From contig OZ242318.1 of NCBI GenBank assembly GCA_965208105.1, positions 416,001 through 480,000 of the forward strand: DNA of 64,000 nt, read 5' to 3'. The stretch comes from Candidatus Latescibacterota bacterium (lineage in GTDB: Bacteria > Latescibacterota > UBA2968 > UBA8231). Below are positions 9,820 to 20,711 of the stretch, in pieces (the first letter of the stretch is position 1; every line of letters begins with the position of its first letter). The notes below the pieces were generated by a model. The model was not told the DNA's origin, made no database searches, and saw only the letters and a list, made by a program, of their open reading frames with translations. A program made the position numbers and the translations under genes.

Positions 9820-10227
9820 TTATCGTTCCGGACCGACGCGGCGATAGATTGATGATTTATATTTCTGGGGATGGTGCGGCTGGAGAACGACGATTTCGCA
9901 ATCTGGAAATGCTTCTCGCAAACCGGAAGGAGCCTTCTGATCATAGCCAAGGGCAATTATGTCGGGATCGATTTCCTCCACGACCTTGAGGAAATTCCCA
10001 CCCGGGTAGCCCAGTTTTACCTCTATGGCGAGGTCCAGCTCGACGATGCGGGCTTTGCGCTGCTCCTCCACATGATCAGGATAGGCACCTTTGATCCGTT
10101 TGACGTTCTCGTCGCGCGCAACCACGACAACTAGTTCCGTGCCAAGGGCTCGGGCCTGCTCGAGGAAGAAAATGTGGCCAGGGTGAAGGTAGTCAAAGGT
10201 CCCACAGCACAATACGCGCTTGCCCAT
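9820..10227 (-). CDS. Cytidylyltransferase-superfamily nucleotidyltransferase, archaeal FAD synthase (RibL)-like
   Basis: GTFDYLHPGH, VVVARD, PDIIALGYDQ, C-terminal KSS. Confidence 0.8.
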   Translation of the reverse strand: MGKRVLCCGTFDYLHPGHIFFLEQARALGTELVVVVARDENVKRIKGAYPDHVEEQRKARIVELDLAIEVKLGYPGGNFLKVVEEIDPDIIALGYDQKAPSGLREAFPDCEIVVLQPHHPQKYKSSIYRRVGPER

Positions 10228-10248
10228 TAGCGAACCCTTCCCACCCGG

Positions 10249-10746
10249 CTACAATTTTTCATTGGATTTGCGATCGATCCAAAAATTCTGAGCCCTGTCC
10301 TGCTGGAATATCACCCCGAAGCGCCGGGCATCGAGCCTGGTCCGGAAGTATCCAATGCGTACTCTCACTGCTTCCTTTTCGGGGAAAGCGATGGCATAGG
10401 CAGGATATCCTTCGGCGCGAAGTTCGCGCACGATCCGGCTCGCCACCTGAGCATTTTTGTAAACGCCTATCTGGACGGTGAACTCCCCTTGCGGATCGTA
10501 GACGATGGGAGCCGTACTGTCAGGATCATCCCCTTGAATTTGGACTTCTCCATCCCTTTCCGGTTCGCCCTTGCTCCCATCTTCTTCAAGCATGACCAAC
10601 TCGTACTTGCCCTCGTCTTCCATGCCCAGCTCATCTCTGCCGTCGATCTCGCCGCCATCACATCCCAGCCAGCAAGTACACAGAATGGCACACAATTGCC
10701 ACCTCCAACCATCGAAAGAGAGTATACCGATTTTCAGGCTTTCCAT
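10249..10746 (-). CDS. SPOR-domain lipoprotein
   Basis: Lipobox-like WLGC; C-terminal FTVQIGVY...LRAEGYPAY...VRVRIGYF. Confidence 0.8.
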   Translation of the reverse strand: MESLKIGILSFDGWRWQLCAILCTCWLGCDGGEIDGRDELGMEDEGKYELVMLEEDGSKGEPERDGEVQIQGDDPDSTAPIVYDPQGEFTVQIGVYKNAQVASRIVRELRAEGYPAYAIAFPEKEAVRVRIGYFRTRLDARRFGVIFQQDRAQNFWIDRKSNEKL

Positions 10747-10752
10747 GGGAGC

Positions 10753-12042
10753 TCAATGAATGGCCTGGAGGGCTTCGTAGTGAACGCGCAGAGTCTGTTC
10801 AACATCGTCGTCGGTGTGTACGGCCGAGGGAAAGATGCACTCGAATTGCGACGGTGCGAGGTAGATGCCACGCTGAAGTGATTCCCAGAAGTAGCGGCTG
10901 AAGAGAGCGGTATCAGCGGCGCTTGCGCTGCGAAAATTCACGATTTTTTCTTCGGAAAAGAACATGCACATCATTGATCCGACGCGGTTCAGGCCATACT
11001 CGAGGCCCAGGCTCTTCAGGTTGGCCTGCATCCCCTGTGCCAAACCGTGGGAAATATTCTCCAGGTTCTTGTAAACGCCAGGCTCGCACAACATCTTCAG
11101 TTGCTCGAGACCCGCCGCCATGGCCAGAGGATTTCCCGAAAGCGTGCCGGCCTGGGAAATCTTCATGCCCAGGGGAGCCACATTCTGCATGATCTCCTTC
11201 TTCCCTCCATACGCTCCTACGGGCAGGCCTCCTCCAACGATTTTTCCCAGACAGGTCATGTCCGGAACTACGCCATAGTACTCCTGGGCGCCACCGGCGG
11301 CCAGGCGGAACCCCGTTATTACTTCGTCGAAGATAAGGATGATCTCTTCCTCGGAAGAAACTCTCCTCAAGCCTTCCAAAAATCCCTCACGAGGCGGGAC
11401 GGTTCCCATATTTCCTGCCACGGGCTCGACGATAATAGCCGCTATTTCACCGCGATTGTCCTTGACGGCATGCTCGACGGCGGCCAGGTCGTTGTAAGGG
11501 AGGGCGAGGGTATTGGCGGCGACATCCCGGGGAACCCCAGGGCTGTCGGGCACTCCCATTGTAAGGGCTGATGAGCCGGCCTTTATTAGGAAACTATCCC
11601 CGTGTCCGTGCCAACATCCTTCGAATTTCAGGACCTTGGCTCGTCCGCTGTAACCCCTGGCCACCCGCACTGCGGACATGGTCGCCTCCGTTCCCGAGTT
11701 GACCATTCTCACCATCTCGATACCCGGGACCATATCGACGACCTGCCGGGCAAGGGAGGTTTCCACCAGTGTGGGCGCCCCGAAGCTCGTGCCGCGCTGG
11801 ATGGCATCCGTCACGGCATTTACGACCCTTGGATGTGCGTGGCCGAATATCAGCGGACCCCAGGAGCATACGTAGTCCACGTATTCGTTGCCGTCGATAT
11901 CGAACAGGTGAGACCCCGAGCCCCGCTGGATAAAGGGAGGAGTTCCCCCTACCGCGGAAAAGGCGCGGGCGGGACTATTGACTCCCCCGGGAGAATAGCG
12001 CTGGGCTTCGGCAAAGGCCTGTGCCGACTGTTCGGATTTCAT
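10753..12042 (-). CDS. hemL: Glutamate-1-semialdehyde 2,1-aminomutase
   Basis: PGGVNSPARAF, NSGTEATM, FDEVITGFR, LGKIVGGGLPVGAYGG, GTLSGNP. Confidence 0.97.
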   Translation of the reverse strand: MKSEQSAQAFAEAQRYSPGGVNSPARAFSAVGGTPPFIQRGSGSHLFDIDGNEYVDYVCSWGPLIFGHAHPRVVNAVTDAIQRGTSFGAPTLVETSLARQVVDMVPGIEMVRMVNSGTEATMSAVRVARGYSGRAKVLKFEGCWHGHGDSFLIKAGSSALTMGVPDSPGVPRDVAANTLALPYNDLAAVEHAVKDNRGEIAAIIVEPVAGNMGTVPPREGFLEGLRRVSSEEEIILIFDEVITGFRLAAGGAQEYYGVVPDMTCLGKIVGGGLPVGAYGGKKEIMQNVAPLGMKISQAGTLSGNPLAMAAGLEQLKMLCEPGVYKNLENISHGLAQGMQANLKSLGLEYGLNRVGSMMCMFFSEEKIVNFRSASAADTALFSRYFWESLQRGIYLAPSQFECIFPSAVHTDDDVEQTLRVHYEALQAIH

Positions 12043-12280
12043 TTGGTTCTCCTCGGGGCTTCTCCGCCAATTTCACCGCGGGACCCGGTGCCGACGTGCT
12101 CCCGCCAAGCCAGGGAAAAATAGCACAAAACCGATTAAGAATCAACTCCTTACACCTTTTCCAAAACCACCTGCCCGGCGAGATACATCCCATCCTGGAA
12201 TAGGTGGAATAGGACCGGATATGGTTCCCGGATCGGCTTACTTGCCCGCCGCAATCATTACCTGTAGTTTTCCTTAACCT

Positions 12281-13015
12281 ATGAACCCGCTGGACCGCAT
12301 TACCGTAGTTCTCGTGGAACCGTCTACTCCGGGAAACATCGGCTCAACGGCTCGAGTCCTGAAAAACACCGGCATCTCCCGGCTCGTCCTGGTAAAGCCC
12401 TGTCCCTGGGATACCCCGGAAGCCCGCCGGATGGCCCACGGCTCCGGGGAAATCCTCGACGCATGCAGAACCTGCCCCGACCTGAACACTGCCGTGGCGG
12501 ACGCACACTTCGTCATCGGTACTACCCACCGCCTCGGCCGTTTCAGAGAGGTCTGCTCAACTCCGCGCCAATCCATCGCCAGAGTTGCTTCCCTTGCCCA
12601 CCACCATGAGGTTGCGATTGTCTTCGGCCGTGAGAAAGACGGATTGTGGCGCAATGAAATTGATTCCTGCCACCAGCTGATCCGCTTTCCGTCTGCGACC
12701 TCATTCCCTTCCTTCAACCTCTCCCATGCCGTTCTCCTGTTCACCTATGAGCTGTTTCATGCGGTTCGAGGGGCTGAAGTTCCCGAGAGAAAAAACCTTG
12801 CCACTGCAGCCGAACGCGAACGACTATACCAACACCTGGGAGAAGCCATGGACGCCGTTGAGTTCAACCACTTCAATGACAATCCCCGGCATTTCACCCG
12901 AATTTTAAGGGGTTTATTCAATCGTATCGAGCTGGAGAAGCGGGATGTAATGGCGGTCCACAAAATCTGCGGACAAATCCGGAAATTTGCGGCCAGGCAT
13001 AAGACCATTGCATAG
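12281..13015 (+). CDS. trmJ: TrmJ/LasT family SPOUT RNA methyltransferase
   Basis: VLVEPSTPGNIGSTAR, IVFGREKDGL, SFNLSHAV. Confidence 0.85.
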   Translation: MNPLDRITVVLVEPSTPGNIGSTARVLKNTGISRLVLVKPCPWDTPEARRMAHGSGEILDACRTCPDLNTAVADAHFVIGTTHRLGRFREVCSTPRQSIARVASLAHHHEVAIVFGREKDGLWRNEIDSCHQLIRFPSATSFPSFNLSHAVLLFTYELFHAVRGAEVPERKNLATAAERERLYQHLGEAMDAVEFNHFNDNPRHFTRILRGLFNRIELEKRDVMAVHKICGQIRKFAARHKTIA

Positions 13016-13216
13016 TTTGGTGAAGGCCAGCCCGCATCACAACCACCCAATCCGAATTTGGTCGGCCTCTCTTCCAGTCTCGTTCAGGCAATTGCCTGGA
13101 TCAGACCGTGGATACATTCCCCATCATCCTTGGCTGACGAGGGAACCTGCCGTGGTCCAAATTTCACATGGAGTCCAGCGAATTCCTATGGAGGGATTGC
13201 AAATTCCCCGGGAATC

Positions 13217-16087
13217 CTAATCGAATTCCTCCGGAGCAACGCAGGAACAAATGAATTGGCGATCTCCCAACGCGTTGTTTACTCGGCCAACCGAGGGCCA
13301 GAACTTGTGCTCCCTGAGCCAGGGAGCCGGCATGACCGCTTTCTGGCGGGTATATGGATAACCCCATTCATCGGAGACCGCCATGTCCTGGGTGTGTGGA
13401 GCATTCTTGAGAAGGTTGTCCTCCCGATCGGCGTCGCCTCTGATGATCTCTTCAATTTCGTCATGGATTGATGTCATTGCTTGGCAGAACCGGTCCAGTT
13501 CGGTCTTGGATTCACTCTCTGTAGGTTCGACCATCAGCGTTCCAACCACGGGAAAGCTGACAGTAGGTGCATGGTAGCCATAGTCCATGAGGCGCTTGGC
13601 CACATCCTCCACAGTGATGCCTGCCGGGGCTTTGAAATGACGAAGGTCGAGGATGCATTCATGGGCAACCAGGCCGTTCTTCCCCCTGTAAAGGACCGGG
13701 AAGAATGAACTTAGTCTGGCAGCCATGTAATTTGCACTCAGGATAGCGACCTGGGTCGCCCTGGTTAGACCTTCAGTTCCCATCAGCTTCAAATAGGCCC
13801 AGGAAATAAGCAATATTACCGCGCTTCCCCAGGGAGCGGAGGCGATGGCTCCTATGCCCCGTTCTCCGCCGGTTTGGACTACAGGGTGGGTGGGAAGGAA
13901 ATCTGCAAGGTGTTCTCCCACAGCTATTGGACCCATACCGGGTCCTCCGCCACCGTGGGGAATGCAAAAGGTCTTGTGAAGATTCAAGTGACACACATCT
14001 ATGCCGATTTCCGCCGGCCGGCATAGTCCCACCAGGGCGTTCATGTTCGCCCCGTCCATATACACCAGACCTCCACGTTCGTGCACTGCCTCGCAGATTT
14101 CTTTGATACCTGTTTCAAACACCCCGTGGGTCGAGGGATATGTAACCATCAGTGCAGCCAGCCTGTCGCCGTATTTGCCAGCTTTCCGGCGCAGATCCTC
14201 CAAATCGATATTGCCTTGTTTATCACAGGCCACAACCACTACCTGGCATCCTGCCATTACCGCGCTGGCCGGGTTGGTGCCATGGGCAGATGCAGGGATC
14301 AGGCATACGTCCCGGTGTGCCTGTTTTCTGCTCTCGTGGTACCTGCGTATGACGAGAAGTCCGGAGAATTCTCCCTGCGAGCCGGCGTTGGGCTGCAGAG
14401 AAACCGCATTGAAGCCGGTGATTTCCTTAAGCATCTCCGCCAGTTCGGCAAAGACCACCTGATAGCCATTTGCCTGGTCTTTCGGAACGAATGGATGCAA
14501 ACAGGCAAACTGCGGCCAGGTGGTCGGCATCATTTCTATTGTGGCATTGAGCTTCATTGTACATGAGCCCAACGGAATCATTGAGGTCGTCAGTGACAGA
14601 TCCCGCGCCTCCAGACGCCTCATGTAACGCAACATTTCTGTTTCCGAGTGGTAAGTGTTAAATCGAGGGTGAGTCAGAAAGGGGGATTGCCTCCTGTGGA
14701 CTTGATCCCAGGCCATCCAGCCGGACGGTACCTCGTCGGTCATGGAGAAACCGCATTCCTCTTCCCCTGCAAGAATTTTCACGATTAAATCGGCATCCTC
14801 CTCACTGGTAGTTTCGTCGAGAGTGATGCCTATATTCCGGGAATCTATCTGGCGGAAATTGACCTTGCAGGCAAGAGCTCTCCTGACCACCCTCTTGAGA
14901 TCCTCGGTTTTCATCCTCAGGCAAAGAGTATCGAAGAACTGCTTGTGTACCACTTCATAACCCAACTTCATTGCCCTGTGCGCCAGAGCACGTGCGATGG
15001 CGTGGGTACGTTCTGCTGTTCTCTTGAGTCCTTTTGGACCATGATAGACTGCGTACATGCTTGCGACCACGGCTGGCAGTACTTCGGCCGTGCATATATT
15101 GCTGGTAGCTCGCTCCCTCTTGATGTGCTGCTCGCGGGTCTGGAGCGCCATTCGCAGAGCCGTTTTCCCCTTGCAGTCCTGGGAAACGCCAATAATTCTC
15201 CCCGGAACAAAGCGTTTATAAGCTTCCCGGGTGGCGAAGAAGGCCGCGTGAGGGCCGCCGTAACCCATGGGCATTCCCAGGCGCTGAGTGTTTCCAACAA
15301 CCACATCGGCTCCGAATTCTCCAGGGGGAGTGAGCAAGGTCAGGCTGAGGACATCTGCGGCAACTGCCACCAGGGCGCTGTTTGCGTGCATCTGGTCACA
15401 GAAATCTCTGTAGTCGCATATTGCCCCTTTGGTCGTTGGATATTGCAAGAGTGCGCCGAATACAGGATCGCGGGAATCAAGCTCGGCAGGTTCCCCTACT
15501 ATTACCTTCCAGCCGCGCGCTCGGGCCCGAGTCCGAACGACGGCAATGGTCTGGGGGTGGCAATCGGCGGACACAAAGAAAGAATGCCCTTCTCCCTTCT
15601 TCTGGATGTCGTGCATCATTGCCATGGCCTCGGCTGCGGCAGAACTCTCGTCCAGCAAGGAAGCATTGGCGATTTCCATGCCCGTCAGGTCGATAATCAT
15701 GGTCTGAAAATTGAGCAGAGCTTCGAGGCGTCCCTGGGCAATCTCCGGCTGGTATGGAGTATAGTGGGTGTACCAGCTGGGATTTTCCAGTATATTGCGT
15801 TGAATTACTCCCGGGGTTATACAGCCGGCGTATCCCATCCCGATGAAGGATCGGTAAAGCATATTTTTTTCCGCAATATCGGTCATCTCCCCCAGCACTT
15901 GATACTCGGTCTTGCCTTTCCCGATGTCGAGCGGCTTTTTCAGGCGGATCTGCGCTGGCAGGGCACGGTTGGACAAATCCTCCAGCGAGTCAACGCCCAC
16001 CTGCTCGAGCATCCGGGCAATCTCTTCCCTGCCCGGCCCTATGTGGCGGTGGGAAAATCCATCGAGTTGGTCGGCCTCATTCTCCAT
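13217..16087 (-). CDS. gcvP: Glycine dehydrogenase (decarboxylating), P protein
   Basis: [42 protein letters not shown] (PLP lysine). Confidence 0.98.
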   Translation of the reverse strand: MENEADQLDGFSHRHIGPGREEIARMLEQVGVDSLEDLSNRALPAQIRLKKPLDIGKGKTEYQVLGEMTDIAEKNMLYRSFIGMGYAGCITPGVIQRNILENPSWYTHYTPYQPEIAQGRLEALLNFQTMIIDLTGMEIANASLLDESSAAAEAMAMMHDIQKKGEGHSFFVSADCHPQTIAVVRTRARARGWKVIVGEPAELDSRDPVFGALLQYPTTKGAICDYRDFCDQMHANSALVAVAADVLSLTLLTPPGEFGADVVVGNTQRLGMPMGYGGPHAAFFATREAYKRFVPGRIIGVSQDCKGKTALRMALQTREQHIKRERATSNICTAEVLPAVVASMYAVYHGPKGLKRTAERTHAIARALAHRAMKLGYEVVHKQFFDTLCLRMKTEDLKRVVRRALACKVNFRQIDSRNIGITLDETTSEEDADLIVKILAGEEECGFSMTDEVPSGWMAWDQVHRRQSPFLTHPRFNTYHSETEMLRYMRRLEARDLSLTTSMIPLGSCTMKLNATIEMMPTTWPQFACLHPFVPKDQANGYQVVFAELAEMLKEITGFNAVSLQPNAGSQGEFSGLLVIRRYHESRKQAHRDVCLIPASAHGTNPASAVMAGCQVVVVACDKQGNIDLEDLRRKAGKYGDRLAALMVTYPSTHGVFETGIKEICEAVHERGGLVYMDGANMNALVGLCRPAEIGIDVCHLNLHKTFCIPHGGGGPGMGPIAVGEHLADFLPTHPVVQTGGERGIGAIASAPWGSAVILLISWAYLKLMGTEGLTRATQVAILSANYMAARLSSFFPVLYRGKNGLVAHECILDLRHFKAPAGITVEDVAKRLMDYGYHAPTVSFPVVGTLMVEPTESESKTELDRFCQAMTSIHDEIEEIIRGDADREDNLLKNAPHTQDMAVSDEWGYPYTRQKAVMPAPWLREHKFWPSVGRVNNALGDRQFICSCVAPEEFD

Positions 16088-16108
16088 AGCGTAAATCTCA
16101 ATTCCTCC

Positions 16109-17221
16109 CTATTTTCTCACCTTTGAGGCCACAAAGGGCAGGCGAACCACCTTTGCCCTCCGTAGCTTTCCCCGCATATCGATCTTCAGCGCTGTCCCTC
16201 TCTTTTTACACCCCGGCTCCACGAAGGCGAGCCCGATGCCTGCCTCAAGGCTGGGAGAAAAAGTTCCGCTGCTGACTGTTCCGATCTCCTCCCCCCGGCA
16301 GTTGCAGACTGTATACCCCGGCCTCGGGATTGCCCTTTCCAACATGCGGAAACCCACGAGACTCCGATAGCTTCTCTCCTTTTTTTTCTTCAACAGGGCA
16401 TTCTTGCCGATGAAGTTATCCTCCTTGTCGAGTTTCAAGGTCCAGGACAATCCAGCTTCGAGCGGCGATTTGTTTTGATCCAGTTCCTGGCCATAGAGGC
16501 AATAGCCCATTTCAGTGCGGAGCACATCGCGCGCGCCCAACCCGCAGGGCTGGGCTCCATAATTCCGCAGGGCTGACCATATCTTTCTCAAACTGCCTGA
16601 TTCACAGATCAGCTCAAATCCATCCTCACCGGTATAGCCGCTGCGGCTCACAAGCGCTTCTTCTCCCTCGATATCCACGCTGCAAAATCCGAAGTATTGC
16701 AAGTCGCGCAGATGGTTTCCACCGATGGAGCTCATCAGGCCTTCGGCTTGGGGCCCTTGAACAGTGAGCATTCCCTTTCCATCGCTGAGATTGCGGATCT
16801 CCACCCCGGAGAATTTCCTGGCCAATTCGAGCAACCACGCTTCGTCGGATTGAATTCGGCCGGCATTTACAATTAGCAGGTACTCCTTGCTTGAAAGACG
16901 ATAAACGGTCAGATCATCGAGGGTTCCGCCATGTTTATTGCAAAGAACCGCATACAGCATCTTTCCCTTCTCAAGACCAGCGATGTTCCCAGGCGATGAA
17001 TATTCGAGTAGCTCCAGACAATTTCTCCCGCTAACGAGGATCTGCCCCATGTGCGATACATCGAAGATGCCCGCGGAATTGCGAACGACCATGCATTCGT
17101 CGTGTATGCCGCTGTACTTGAGCGGCATTTCCCACCCGGCAAAAGCGGTCATGCTTGCGCCGATTCTCACATGGGAATGGTACAATGGGGTGCGTTGCAA
17201 TTGGTCACCATGCATGGACAT
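16109..17221 (-). CDS. gcvT: Glycine cleavage aminomethyltransferase T
   Basis: RTPLY, FDVSHMG, SGYTGEDGFE, GLGARDVLRTEMG; start ATG 17221 or 17215. Confidence 0.95.
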   Translation of the reverse strand: MSMHGDQLQRTPLYHSHVRIGASMTAFAGWEMPLKYSGIHDECMVVRNSAGIFDVSHMGQILVSGRNCLELLEYSSPGNIAGLEKGKMLYAVLCNKHGGTLDDLTVYRLSSKEYLLIVNAGRIQSDEAWLLELARKFSGVEIRNLSDGKGMLTVQGPQAEGLMSSIGGNHLRDLQYFGFCSVDIEGEEALVSRSGYTGEDGFELICESGSLRKIWSALRNYGAQPCGLGARDVLRTEMGYCLYGQELDQNKSPLEAGLSWTLKLDKEDNFIGKNALLKKKKERSYRSLVGFRMLERAIPRPGYTVCNCRGEEIGTVSSGTFSPSLEAGIGLAFVEPGCKKRGTALKIDMRGKLRRAKVVRLPFVASKVRK

Positions 17222-17232
17222 TGAAACTGTTT

Positions 17233-17862
17233 CTAAACCTGTTTGGCAACCGTGAATCCTTGAACCTGACCCGGATCCCTCAGCTTGGGCCACAGATGCT
17301 CCGCTTCCCTCCGCAGGTCCTGGAGACTGCCATTGTTTTCCACCACCCAATCCGCCCTGGCCGTCTTTTCTTCTACGGGCATCTGGCAGGCCATGCGCCG
17401 CCGGACCTCGGCTTCGCTGATCATGCCTCCCCTGATCAGTCGTTCGATCCTCACCTCCTCCTTTGCGTCGACTACCACAATTGCGTCGAAGCGCTGCAAA
17501 TCACCCCACTCGAAAATTAGAGCTGCATCAACTACGACCACATTCTCGCTGCCGGGGTTCCTTGCCCTGTCAATTTGATTTTTGAGTTCTTTTTCCAGAA
17601 GAGGATGGACAATCTGGTTCAAGCGGGTGCAGCTGGCTTCATCTGCAAAGGCACGACGTCCGAGTTCGCGCCTGTTCAGTTTGCCGGCAGGGTTGATCAG
17701 GTCCTCACCGAAGGCTGCCAGAAGATCCCTGAGGATTTCAGGCCTTTCGATTACCTGGTGACCGACGCGGTCGGCGTCGATGCGCTTCGCACCGAGCTCT
17801 TCGAGCTCGCGGGCAAACGAAGACTTTCCCGAACCCATGCCGCCGGTTATGCCGACAATCAT
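17233..17862 (-). CDS. coaE: Dephospho-CoA kinase
   Basis: IVGITGGMGSGKS, IDAD, IVHP, DAALIFE. Confidence 0.95.
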   Translation of the reverse strand: MIVGITGGMGSGKSSFARELEELGAKRIDADRVGHQVIERPEILRDLLAAFGEDLINPAGKLNRRELGRRAFADEASCTRLNQIVHPLLEKELKNQIDRARNPGSENVVVVDAALIFEWGDLQRFDAIVVVDAKEEVRIERLIRGGMISEAEVRRRMACQMPVEEKTARADWVVENNGSLQDLRREAEHLWPKLRDPGQVQGFTVAKQV

Positions 17863-17988
17863 TTGGCAATTATTCTATGGGGATGAACAGGAATGGCCGG
17901 AATGCCACTGATTATATTGCGGGAAAACAGATTAATCTACACGGCAAAATTGAAGGAACGGAACCAGCTCTGAAATGACCGGGAACCT

Positions 17989-18846
17989 TTACCTGGCCCC
18001 TTGAAGATATTTCAGGAATTCGCTGTCCGCAGGGAGAACCAGTACCGTCTTTTCGTCGAGTGATTTCTCGTAGGCTTCCAGAGTCCGGACGAATTTGTAA
18101 AATCGCGCCGCATCTTTATAGGCCTCGGCGTAAATGCTCAGTGCTTCGGCATCGCCTTGCCCGCGAATGCCTTGAGACTTTTCATAGGCTTCGGCGTTAA
18201 TGCGGGTGGCCGCCAGGTCCGTCTCCGCCCGGATTTTCAACGCCTCCTCCTGCCCCTCTGCGCGGTATCCCTTGGCTTCCCGGTCGCGTTCGGCTCGCAT
18301 GCGATTGAATACAGCCGCCTCGTTCTCAGGGGGAAGATCCGCCCGCTTGATACGGACGTCGAGCACTTTGATTCCGTATACCTGGGCGGCCTCGTCCGAG
18401 CGCTGGGTCACCAACCGCATCAGCTCCTCCCGGTTGGTCGCGATTACCTCGGTCAATTCATGCTGCCCAAGCTCCTTGCGCATTTCAGAATAGATGATGT
18501 CGTCCAGCCGAGCCAAACCTTCGGCCGTTGTTCGCAATGTCTGCAAGAACAAAAGAGGGTCGACAATTCGCCAACGGGCATAGTTGTCGAGCACCAGGAT
18601 CTTCTTGTCCTTGGTGTAAATGTCCTCAGGGTTGGCGTCGTAATCAAGAAGGCGATCGTCAAACACCGTTATTCTCTGGATGGGGTTTGGAAGCTTGAAG
18701 TACAGGCCGGGGGCCTTGATTACCCGGATGGGCTCGCCGAACTGAGTGACGACCACCTGCTGCACCTCGTTGACTGTAAACACCACCAAATTGCCAATAA
18801 AGAGCAAGGCTACGACAGCGACTATAACCCCCACAGGACCCTTCAT
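17989..18846 (-). CDS. hflC: FtsH modulator HflC
   Basis: N-terminal TM, SPFH domain, VRIKRADLP, RMRAER, FVRTLEAY. Confidence 0.93.
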   Translation of the reverse strand: MKGPVGVIVAVVALLFIGNLVVFTVNEVQQVVVTQFGEPIRVIKAPGLYFKLPNPIQRITVFDDRLLDYDANPEDIYTKDKKILVLDNYARWRIVDPLLFLQTLRTTAEGLARLDDIIYSEMRKELGQHELTEVIATNREELMRLVTQRSDEAAQVYGIKVLDVRIKRADLPPENEAAVFNRMRAERDREAKGYRAEGQEEALKIRAETDLAATRINAEAYEKSQGIRGQGDAEALSIYAEAYKDAARFYKFVRTLEAYEKSLDEKTVLVLPADSEFLKYLQGAR

Positions 18847-19841
18847 TGAATACCGTCCTTCTTGGTTAAATTGAGAATGTTCAACAACCCGCCGTTCGCC
18901 TCGTTTTCAATTATGTATTTCTGCAATTGTGGCAAGATCCGCTCCATGGTTTCCAGATACAGGCGGACCTCGGTGACTTTCGGAGCCTTCGTATATTCGC
19001 CATAAACGGCGGTGAAGCGGTCGGCGTCACCCTGGGCCCGCCGAACGCGCTCGACTTTGTAGGCTTCCGATTCTTTTATCATCTTCTCGGCCTCACCTCG
19101 GGCCTTGGGAATAACGTCATTCTGGTATCCCAGGGCCTCATTGATCAATCGTTCCTTGTCCTCCTTGGCGCTCGCCACATCCTTGAAGGCAGCGTCCACT
19201 TCCGCCGGTGCGCTGACGGTCTGCAGCTGCACGCTTTCCACCTTGAGGCCGCATTTGTACTGGGTGAACAACCTTTGCAGCTGTTCCTTTATCTCCGTCT
19301 GAATGAGCAGTTTCCCCTCGGTCAAAGCCTCTTCGATCTTGTGGCGACCAACCACCTGGCGCAAGGCCGCTTCACAGGCATCGTGCACCAAACCGTCGTT
19401 TCTCTCTTCGAATGCCCCGAGCCCGGCAACACTGAACAGGGCATCCACTACACTGGTAATGCGATACTGCACAACCATTTCCACGTCGATGATGTTCTCA
19501 TCTCCCGTCAGCATCAGGGATTCTTTAGGCACGTCTCTATAGCGAGCGGGGGGTCCCGGGTCAATCGTTCTGAAGCCGATTTCTTCCCGGTAAACCTTGG
19601 TAACCGAACGGACGATGCGGTCTTCGATTGGAAAGGGCAGATGGTAGTGCAAACCGGGTTGAACAACTTCCTTGAACTTGCCAAAGCGCAATACCACTGC
19701 CTGTTCGTCTGGTTCCACCGTGTAAATTCCGCTCAGTATCCACAATACCAGCAAGACCCCGAAGATGAAATAGGCCATCTTGGAGCTGAATTTGAACTGG
19801 GGAACGGACCTTTGGCTGGGAAATTCAAATTGCTGGGGCAT
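18843..19841 (-). CDS. hflK: FtsH modulator HflK
   Basis: VVLRFGK, MLTGDENI, AFKDVASA, IPKARGEA, RLYLETME; 4-nt overlap with hflC. Confidence 0.93.
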   Translation of the reverse strand: MPQQFEFPSQRSVPQFKFSSKMAYFIFGVLLVLWILSGIYTVEPDEQAVVLRFGKFKEVVQPGLHYHLPFPIEDRIVRSVTKVYREEIGFRTIDPGPPARYRDVPKESLMLTGDENIIDVEMVVQYRITSVVDALFSVAGLGAFEERNDGLVHDACEAALRQVVGRHKIEEALTEGKLLIQTEIKEQLQRLFTQYKCGLKVESVQLQTVSAPAEVDAAFKDVASAKEDKERLINEALGYQNDVIPKARGEAEKMIKESEAYKVERVRRAQGDADRFTAVYGEYTKAPKVTEVRLYLETMERILPQLQKYIIENEANGGLLNILNLTKKDGIQ

Positions 19842-19893
19842 GACTTCTATACCTCTCGATAATGGAACCGATGCAATTTATTTTCGATGGGAA

Positions 19894-19922
19894 AAGGTAT
19901 ATTCGACCCCTTTTCCTGTCAA
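19894..19922 (-). promoter_or_regulatory. Sigma70-type promoter for hflKC
   Basis: TTGACA-17nt-TACCTT on the minus strand. Confidence 0.6.
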
Positions 19923-19959
19923 TGCGACCTCGGGGATCCGGACATGCCCGGGCAGTATC

Positions 19960-19988
19960 TTGACAGTGTGGGGAGACCGCTTTATCGT
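19960..19988 (+). promoter_or_regulatory. Sigma70-type promoter for clpP
   Basis: TTGACA-17nt-TATCGT. Confidence 0.6.
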
Positions 19989-20051
19989 TGTATAAATTTT
20001 CAATTTAGGGTTATGCTCAAGGCGGAATTTCCAAAAGGAATTGAATCTTAA

Positions 20052-20663
20052 ATGGCCATCGTACCTGTTGTAGTCGAAGAAACCGGACGCGGGGAGCGCA
20101 CTTATGACCTTTTCTCCATGCTGCTCAAGGAACGGATTATTTTCCTCGGCTACCCTCTTGACGACAGCGAAGCCAACCTGATCATCGCCCAGCTTCTATT
20201 CCTGGCCTCCGAGGACCCCCAGAAAGATATTTCCATCTACATAAACAGTCCTGGGGGAAGCCTCACCGCAGGTCTGGCCATCTACGATACTATGCAGCAC
20301 GTCCCCTGCAATGTCGCCACCCTGTGCGTTGGTCAGGCATATAGCATGAGCGCGATTCTCCTCGCCGGCGGGACCAAAAATAAGCGCCATGCCCTTCCGC
20401 ATTCGCGTCTGATGCTTCATCAACCTTGGGGAGGCGTCGGAGGTCAAGCTGCCGACATCGAGATCCACGCCCGTGAGATCGGGAAGTGGCGCCAAAAGCT
20501 CAATCAGATTCTGATGAGTGACACGGGGCAACCCCTTGATCGCATCGAGGCCGTCACGGAACGCGATTATTTCCTTTCCCCCGATGAAGCCATGGAATTC
20601 GGATTAATTGACGGGATACTCTCCTCGGACCGAGACCTCGAAGCTCCCACCAATTCGGCTTGA
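20052..20663 (+). CDS. clpP: ATP-dependent Clp protease proteolytic subunit
   Basis: [14 protein letters not shown], catalytic Ser in GQAYSM, HQP. Confidence 0.96.
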   Translation: MAIVPVVVEETGRGERTYDLFSMLLKERIIFLGYPLDDSEANLIIAQLLFLASEDPQKDISIYINSPGGSLTAGLAIYDTMQHVPCNVATLCVGQAYSMSAILLAGGTKNKRHALPHSRLMLHQPWGGVGGQAADIEIHAREIGKWRQKLNQILMSDTGQPLDRIEAVTERDYFLSPDEAMEFGLIDGILSSDRDLEAPTNSA

Positions 20664-20711
20664 CAAGCCTTCGCGCATGGTTCTTGACGAGCCTCCGAGC
20701 ATGGTTGTCGA

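Noticed and set aside
13016-13216. Possible ncRNA or small ORF between trmJ and gcvP
   Set aside because: Only a short palindrome (CAGGCAATTGCCTG) and a 27-codon frame; no recognisable RNA family motif.
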